A stretch of 20,000 nucleotides of DNA from an uncultured virus (IMG/VR IMGVR_UViG_3300032304_000757) (Duplodnaviria > Heunggongvirae > Uroviricota > Caudoviricetes): the IMG/VR virus record IMGVR_UViG_3300032304_000757, one strand, 5' to 3'. This document shows, piece after piece, positions 1-7,200 of the stretch; position 1 is the stretch's first letter, and every line of letters begins with the position of its first letter. Under the pieces are notes generated by a model. The model did no database searches. It saw only the letters and a program-made list of their open reading frames with translations, and was not told the origin of the DNA. The position numbers and the translations under genes are program-made.

Positions 1-9
1 ATATTAAAA

Positions 10-30
10 TCTCCTTGTGGGTTATTTATA
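10..30 (-). promoter_or_regulatory. T4-type late promoter (TATAAATA, 23-30) plus Shine-Dalgarno (AAGGAGA, 10-16) for a leftward gene starting at the window edge
   Basis: Plus-strand tatttata at 23-30 reads TATAAATA on minus, the exact T4 late consensus. tctcctt at 10-16 reads AAGGAGA on minus, followed by TTTTAATAT running off the edge. Confidence 0.6.
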
Positions 31-33
31 TGG

Positions 34-39
34 TAAATA
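34..39 (+). promoter_or_regulatory. TAAATA late-promoter-like box upstream of iscU
   Basis: ggTAAATAtc lies ~20 nt before the ATG at 59, back-to-back with the minus-strand box at 23-30. Confidence 0.5.
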
Positions 40-58
40 TCATGAAGGATATGTAAAA

Positions 59-448
59 ATGGCTTATTCAGACAAAGTTATTGATCACTATGAAAATCCA
101 CGCAACGTAGGTAGCTTTGCTAAAGACGAGGACGGAGTAGGTACCGGCATGGTTGGTGCTCCTGCTTGTGGCGATGTAATGAAACTACAAATAAAGGTAG
201 ACGAAAATGGCATCATCCAGGATGCGAAGTTTAAAACGTACGGCTGTGGCTCAGCGATCGCGAGCTCGAGTTTGGTTACTGAATGGCTCAAAGGAAAAAC
301 TCTTGACGAAGCCGGAACAATTAAAAACAAAGAAATAGCCGAAGAACTAGCCTTACCTCCAGTAAAGATACATTGCTCAATCTTAGCTGAAGATGCTATT
401 AAAGCCGCAGTAGCTGACTATAAATCCAAACATGATATCAATAACTGA
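59..448 (+). CDS. iscU: Fe-S cluster scaffold protein IscU (129 aa)
   Basis: MAYSDKVIDHYENPRNVG N-terminus; three conserved Cys (GAPACGDVM, YGCGSAIAS, KIHCS); LPPVK HscA-binding motif. Start moved from 17 to ATG 59, which follows AAGGA and matches the canonical IscU start. Confidence 0.97.
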   Translation: MAYSDKVIDHYENPRNVGSFAKDEDGVGTGMVGAPACGDVMKLQIKVDENGIIQDAKFKTYGCGSAIASSSLVTEWLKGKTLDEAGTIKNKEIAEELALPPVKIHCSILAEDAIKAAVADYKSKHDINN

Positions 449-755
449 AATTGCTGCCTGTAAAGTAAAAGAATCCCTTGTTCGTCGAGGCAAAGGATTT
501 GGAATCAAAGTAGGTGTAAAAACCACTGGGTGTTCAGGACTAGCGTACACTATAGAGTATGTAGACAATCCTAACGAACACTGTATGGAACATCACGATG
601 TAAACGGAGTAAGAATTTACATAGACCCAAAACATAGACCGTATTTGTACGGCACAACTATGGATTGGACTAAAAAAGGTTTAAACGAAGGATTCGATTT
701 TATTAACCCCAACGAAAAAGATCGTTGTGGGTGTGGTGAATCTTTTCGAGTATAG
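432..755 (+). CDS. iscA: A-type Fe-S carrier IscA (HesB family, 107 aa)
   Basis: TTGCSGLAY and C-terminal NPN...CGCGESF motifs; directly follows and overlaps iscU. Confidence 0.95.
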   Translation: MISITEIAACKVKESLVRRGKGFGIKVGVKTTGCSGLAYTIEYVDNPNEHCMEHHDVNGVRIYIDPKHRPYLYGTTMDWTKKGLNEGFDFINPNEKDRCGCGESFRV

Positions 756-852
756 AACACCTACCTTAGGACCGGTACTAGTTACCGAAGGTGTGCCCGG
801 CTGCTGGGCTGTAGTTAGTAGGAGTCGTGCCCAAACGCTACTGAAGTGAGCA
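756..852. ncRNA. Candidate structured RNA containing segments complementary (plus) or identical (minus) to conserved rRNA sites; family unknown
   Basis: Fills the whole gap between two convergent stop codons. 53/97 nt are G+C (55%) in an otherwise AT-rich window. Stems: ACACCT 757-762/AGGTGT 789-794, CGGTA 773-777/TACCG 783-787, GCCC 795-798/GGGC 806-809, GTAGT 811-815/GCTAC 837-841. No U-tract after the stems. CTACCTTAGGACCG 761-774 is the reverse complement of 23S rRNA 1920-1933. Confidence 0.6.
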
Positions 853-1140
853 CTAATTTTTCCCCACAGGCAGTGTAGAACTAGCAGGCATATCCCATAT
901 AGCTTTACGTTCCACTGCTTTTCTTTTGGCAAATCGTTTAGCATCACAATTAGAGCAAACATGAAAATAGTTGTTGCTTAGTCTACGGTAATCTATTTGC
1001 TTTAGATCTCTTTCAAATGTATCGTTACAATTATCACAGCGAAACAAAGCCACAGTTTTAGATCGTGAATACGAATGTTTCACACCAAGTTTGCTGGTGC
1101 GTATATATTCCAGTGTACGGATTTCTTTCTTTAAGAACAT
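853..1140 (-). CDS. Small basic zinc-ribbon protein (95 aa), function unknown
   Basis: Two CxxC pairs (FRCDNC, HVCSNC); Lys/Arg-rich. ATG at 1140 preferred over 1185 because the longer start would overlap both TAAATA boxes in the intergenic region. Confidence 0.8.
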   Translation of the reverse strand: MFLKKEIRTLEYIRTSKLGVKHSYSRSKTVALFRCDNCNDTFERDLKQIDYRRLSNNYFHVCSNCDAKRFAKRKAVERKAIWDMPASSTLPVGKN

Positions 1141-1145
1141 AAAGT

Positions 1146-1151
1146 TATTTA
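1146..1151 (-). promoter_or_regulatory. TAAATA late-promoter-like box for the zinc-ribbon gene
   Basis: Minus strand reads TGTAAATAACTTTATG; the box ends 5 nt before the ATG at 1140. Confidence 0.5.
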
Positions 1152-1175
1152 CATTCGGCTTACAAAATTTTGGGC

Positions 1176-1181
1176 TAAATA
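1176..1181 (+). promoter_or_regulatory. TAAATA late-promoter-like box for the structural operon
   Basis: gcTAAATAtc ~30 nt upstream of ATG 1213; Shine-Dalgarno GGAG at 1202-1205. Confidence 0.55.
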
Positions 1182-1212
1182 TCAATTATAAGGTATTCAA
1201 CGGAGTTCTCTA

Positions 1213-4200
1213 ATGTCAAGAAAAGAAATTAATATTGGTATCGAAGGTAATGACGGTACAGGCGACAGTATTCGCGACTCGTTCCAAAAAGTCAATCAAA
1301 ACTTCACAGAGCTATATGCTATCCTAGGTCAAGGCGGAAAACTGTCATTTATTGGTCTAGATGATGTTGAAAAAGACAGAGCTCTTAAAGAGTACAGAAC
1401 TGCTGACAATAATAGAATTTTAGTTGTTGATGCTGAAGGCGAACAAATTGTTTTTAAAGAACTAGTAGGTTCTGAAACTATTATTGTTAATCAAAGTTTT
1501 CCAGGACAAATTCGACTAAGTTCTCTAGCATCAGCATTGATCAACGACCCTGATCCAACATTACAAACTAACTTAAATGCTAACTTTAAACGACTAACAA
1601 ACGTAAGTGAAGCTACAGAAGACTCTGATGCTTCTACAAAAGGATATGTAGACACCAAACTTAGTTTAGATGGCACTGATTCTGAAGATGTCAGCGGCAA
1701 TGCTAGGCCCGATTGGGGAGTAATGCGTGGCCCATTGGTCCTATCTAGAAATCCTATCGAATCAGACGACCTAGAATATAACGGTCTTGTTGCTGCTACC
1801 AAAGCCTACGTTGATAGTAAGACATTTATCAGCCAATATAACATCTATGTAAGTCCGTTAGGTCAAGACGAACGCACAGATATTCCTCAAAATCAGATAG
1901 GAAGATCAGAAGCCACAGCATTTGCCAGTGTTCAAAGGGCCTGCGAAGTAGCTGAAGAACTAGTAAACAATGCTCCGTTGGAGCTAGGACCGTATCAAAA
2001 GATATTAACCTATGCTAACGGAACAAAGATATGCCAAGTTGTATCTGTTGAAGAATCAGAACTTTCAGGACTTGGTTGTACCGCCGAAGCTAGAATGGGT
2101 ATTGACGATGTTGGCTCACCATTCCAGATTCTTATTGCCGGTACCGGATATCAGAAAGATGACATCCTTGCCCCAACAGGCGGAACTTTCTTAGGACAAG
2201 AAGCACAGTTTAGAGTTATTGCTGTTGACTTTGCTGGATCTATTTTACAATTAGCAATCAATGAAGATGCCGACGGAGTAAAACAAAACGGTATCTACAG
2301 TATTTTACCTGCTAGCCACATAGACAACGATTATTTACTGCTGTCTGGTGGATCTGGATCAGGTACTGCTCGTGTACGTGCACGCTGGAAAGTAACTCAA
2401 ATTGATGTTACCGATACTGGCGAAGGTTATACTTCTGCTTCAGTAATTTTTACAGGTGGCGGCGGTACTGGCACTGAGGCATTTATTACAGAAATCGGCG
2501 GAGAGATTAAAGAAATCACTGTATCCAAACCAGGTATAGGATATACCAGTGTTCCATCAGTTGATGTATTTTTACCAAGATTGTTAATTACCACCGAAAG
2601 ACTTAATACAGATTTCTTAGATGATATTCGAGAAGGTCAGGCCCTACGAGGTGAAACCTCAGGTGCGTTGGCAAGAATTGTTCAACACGACGGAGCACTC
2701 GATGAAGATGGTAATGAAATTTTTGAAATTGAGATTTTAAATGGTGTTTTTCAAATCGGTGAAAGTGTAAAATATTCTGACCTAACTAGAAATATTCAAA
2801 TTACCATTCATGCTGAAACAGGTATCTACTACGAAAACTATCCATTAAGACTAGCAGAAAACGTTACTCTACGTGGTGACGATCTTCGTAGAACAATCAT
2901 TAGACCAAAACCAGGCATTAGCCAATCACCGTGGGCTAGAGTTTTCTTTAGAAGAGATACAGTAATTGACGGTCTGCGAGTAACTGGTTTTGAATACGGA
3001 TATCAATATCTTACTGATCCATTAGACTACTCTAGTCAACCAAAAAACAACGATCAAATGGATGTGTTGTTGTGTAACGATGCCACACGTGCATCAGAGT
3101 TATCATTCCAGGGCCACGGTGGTTTCGTAATGGTTCTAGACCCTAGCGGTCAAATTCTTTCTAAATCACCGTACTTTCAAACCGGTACTAGTTTTGCTAA
3201 AAGCACAAACGAAAAACAATTTGCTGGTGGACAATACATTGACGGGTTCTCTGGAAACCTAGAAGGTATTCTATTAGGAAACGTAGCTGTTGATCCTAGC
3301 GATCCAGCATACATTCCATCCGAACCTTCAACCCATCAAGAATATGAAAAAGTAATCATTGGTGGGTTGCTTCGTGAACCTAGCCTACCAACTTCGTTTG
3401 ATGTTAACGATCAATTGTATCGAATCACGTTGACAAATAGAGTTGAAACAGATTTATTTGATGCTAAAATTTTATTAGAAAGAAACAGAAGATTTATTCA
3501 AACAGAAACAGTTTCTTTTGTTAACGGAGAGTTTCCAACTTTAGATTTTGATGCTGATAAGTGTTTTCGAGATGTTGGATTACTTGTTGATGCGGTTGTT
3601 GAAGATGTTATATATGGAGGTTTTCTAAATAGCACCGAAGCAGCTCGACTTTACTTTGTAGGCGGTAATACCGTTGTGTCAGGTCAGGTTACTGAAACAG
3701 TAGCAGCCGTTGTCAAGGCTAAAGAAGTTGCTGTTGCTGTTATTACTCAAGATCCCGATTATGCTCGAGTTGGTACAGTAGATCAAACATTTTTGCCGGC
3801 ATACCCAAACGGTGGTGATGCTCAAGCAGTGGTAGAACAAGCATTTGATCTTATTGCTAATATTATCGAATATGGTGAATCAATCTACAAGGCTAAGAAT
3901 CTATTACAGACTAATAAAGAAATTATTCAAGCCGAAACTATTGCTTACCTAGATGCTCTTTACCCAACATTAAATTACGATAGAGACACCTGTTATAGAG
4001 ACGTTGGATATATTATCGATGCATGGTCTATTGATATATTCGGCGATTATAATAATTCAGTACGTGCCGGATATGCCTATTACAAACAAGGCACTAGAAT
4101 TATTCCAGATTCTGGACCTCAGAGTCAGTTAGCAGAAACAATTGACGGTATCGAATACGCTGCGTTATTGGCCAAACGAATTGTTAAAAATATAGCATTA

Positions 4201-7200
4201 GGAGGATTGGTTAGAACCGCAAAAACATTTAACCCAACTGCTAACATTGATTTAACTGCTAACACTATAACAATTTTAGATCACGGCTTTAAGAGCGGAT
4301 CCAGAGTCAAGTATAGCAGCGGCGGCGGGAACTCTATTGTTGTTGACAATTTAGATGACGAGAATGGCGATCCTATTGACGATCTAAACGATTTAGTTTT
4401 CTATGTGTTTGTTGTCGACGGAGACAATATTCAACTAGTAGAAAATCTTCCATTATTAATTGCCAAAGAAAAAGGTGTTAGTACATCTATCGAATTAAAC
4501 ATAGTTGGCACCGGTAGCGGAACTACTCATACATTAGAATACTTTCAAGTTACTGACCCGGAATTAGTAGTATCTGATATTACAGATTCTGGTGTTGAAG
4601 CTGCTATCGACAATGCTACAACTTATATAACAACGTTAATATCAGGTGATAGCGGCGGCGTTCCTGGAATATATCCGCAGTACGAATGCGTGTTAGATAG
4701 TGATTATATTGGCAGTGGGAACGGTGTTGTTGGAAAAGTTACACTAAGCACAGCTGGTAATAAATCTATGCTAGGTAACGACTTTACACAAGTTAACGAC
4801 ATGGGCTACGGTATTTTCTGTAATAACAACGGCCTAAGTGAACAGGTGTCTGTGTTTACCTACTACTGCTACACTGCGTTTTATTCATTGAACGGTGCTC
4901 AGATTCGATCACTAAACGGTTCATCAGCACACGGAGTATTTGGTCTTAAAGCTGAAGGTAATGATCCTAACGAAATTCCAGACACAGTATTCTTAAAATT
5001 TCCAATGATTCAGATTGCTGAAGCCTACGAGGATCTTCCGTTAGAAATTGAAAATGCTCGCAACGGCGAATCAATTTGGGTAACCAACTACAGTTATTTG
5101 CCTAGAGCAGGTTGTATTGTTGATATCGATCACACTGGTGATCGTACTGACACTATCAATCCAGTAGCATCTGTTGTTGCTGGTATTAGATACGAAATTG
5201 CCACATTAGGCTCAACAGACTGGAACGCTATTGCTGACACCAGCGGAATTGTTTATGCTGTCGGTGATCAGTTTACCACCGTAGGAGCTGGCAACGGTGA
5301 CGGTACTGTTTATACATTAACTACCGCTGGTCAGCGATCATATGTTGTCGAAACCGTTAGTATTTCTGGATTGCCCGATGGAGTTGCTAAACTACAATTG
5401 AGCACTGTGGCAGCTAATGCTGGTCTTGTTGTGTATGTTAAACCAGGAAAGCCAGTTGTTATTAGAAGCAACGAAGAATTTGTTCTAGGTGATAAAGAGG
5501 AAGTTGTAGCAGTACGTCCTTCCACTGCATTGATCTTTGATGAAAACAGAGGTACAGCAATCCGACTATTGAGCTTTAACCAATACGACGAACCAGATGC
5601 TGGGCCAGACGATCAAATTATTACAACTCGAGATGGTTATCAATATGTTAAACTAACCATTCTAAAAGATACCGAAGCGTTTGATTTGCCAACCGGGTTT
5701 GGCGAAGTTGGTGATGATAGAGTTATCGTACAAGCGTTGAACTTTAGAGATTCTAAACGTGTGGTTTTCCCAACTACCGGCGCTACTATCTATGACGGAT
5801 CAACCACAGGCACTGGCGGAATGATATTTGGTTATCAAGATTCCATGTACGAAATAACTGATTACCAAGTTAACAATTTAGATCCTAATAATATATTTGG
5901 TGTTATTAGTTTTAAAAACATTACTAACCCGTTAGCTGAAGCTAGAACTTATACAATATCAGTTACAGGATCATTACCTGCTCAAGTTGCTACTACTACA
6001 GATCATAATTTATCTGATAGTAGACGAGTAAAAATTAACGGTTCTAACTTTTATGTTAAAAACGTAATTAGTAATGTAACACACGGACCACTTAGCGGTA
6101 CAAACATATTCCCAGCAACAGGAGGCGGTGCTAGTGCTACTTTTACCATCACTAGAACCAACGATATCAGCTACGCTGGAATAGCAATCAACACCGCTGG
6201 TACTGGTTACGATATTGGCGATACAATTAAAATTTTAGGTACCAGCCTAGGCGGAACAAGTCCTGAAAACGATGTTCTCATAACTGTTAACGACATAGGC
6301 GGAAGCGGAGATATTACCGAAGCAATTATATCTAGAGGCATTGCTAAACAAGTCAGAATGGAGTTACAACTGTACTCAGACGAGGAGTTAACGATTCCTG
6401 TCAACTCAAGTGCGTTAGGAGTTGACACTTCTATGGATGTACTAGGCGGATTAACATATTCACCACTAGAAGCAAACGGCACCAATGTATCATTTGATGC
6501 TGGTATTAGAGCAGGAGCAACAGGCACTGTTACTGTTAACATTTCTACAATGCGAGCAACAGGACATGACTTCTTAGACATTGGTACTGGTTCATATGCC
6601 GATACTAACTACCCGAGTAACATTTTTGGAGAGCCGGCTAACGAACCCGATGTTGAAGCACAAGTAGTTGAAGTAACAACAGGTCGTGTGTTCTATGTAA
6701 GTACTGATCAAAACGGTAACTTCAAAGTTGGTGACTTCTTTGCTGTTGACCAAGGCACTGGTAAACTTACACTCGATGCTAAGATTGACTTGAAAGGTAT
6801 TGACTCTCTCAAGTTACGTTCTGGTAATGAGATTTTTGAATTTACCAACGACATCACTATGGGCGGTGAAGGTGCTGCTGACCCTCAAGCTGTTCCAACA
6901 GAATATGCTATTAGAAGTTATATTGACAAACGACTAGGTCTTAACCACTTTGGTGTGAGAGTGACTGACGGTCTAAGAGGTCCAGGTTTCCTAGCACTCG
7001 ACGGCTCGTTGGCTGTTAAAGGTACCATAGAAATGGACAATAATACTTTACGTAATCTGCCTGCTCCAAGAAAAGGTGCCGTCGGGGATACTGAAGCGGT
7101 ACCTAAGTTCTATATGAGACTAGGTAACCTAGAAGATAGTCCAGAATACTGGAGACCAGCAGAAGGGTTGCCAACCTATGCAATTCAAAGAGCTGATATT

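Noticed and set aside
17..58. Longer iscU start at 17 given by the ORF track
   Set aside because: It overlaps both promoter boxes; ATG 59 gives the canonical IscU N-terminus with a Shine-Dalgarno.
756..852. tRNA, rRNA gene fragment, simple terminator, or a known small ribozyme (hammerhead, twister, pistol, hatchet, HDV-like)
   Set aside because: No cloverleaf or TTCRA T-loop. The rRNA matches are short and not collinear. No U-tract follows the stems. None of the ribozyme core motifs I recall (e.g. CTGATGA...GAAA) is present. An Rfam search is still needed.
681..962. 93-aa minus-strand ORF spanning the structured element
   Set aside because: It overlaps both iscA and the zinc-ribbon gene, has no recognisable motif and no Shine-Dalgarno.
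1163..1172. Palindrome CAAAATTTTG between the divergent TAAATA boxes as an operator
   Set aside because: Low complexity, noticed only once, and likely by chance in AT-rich DNA.
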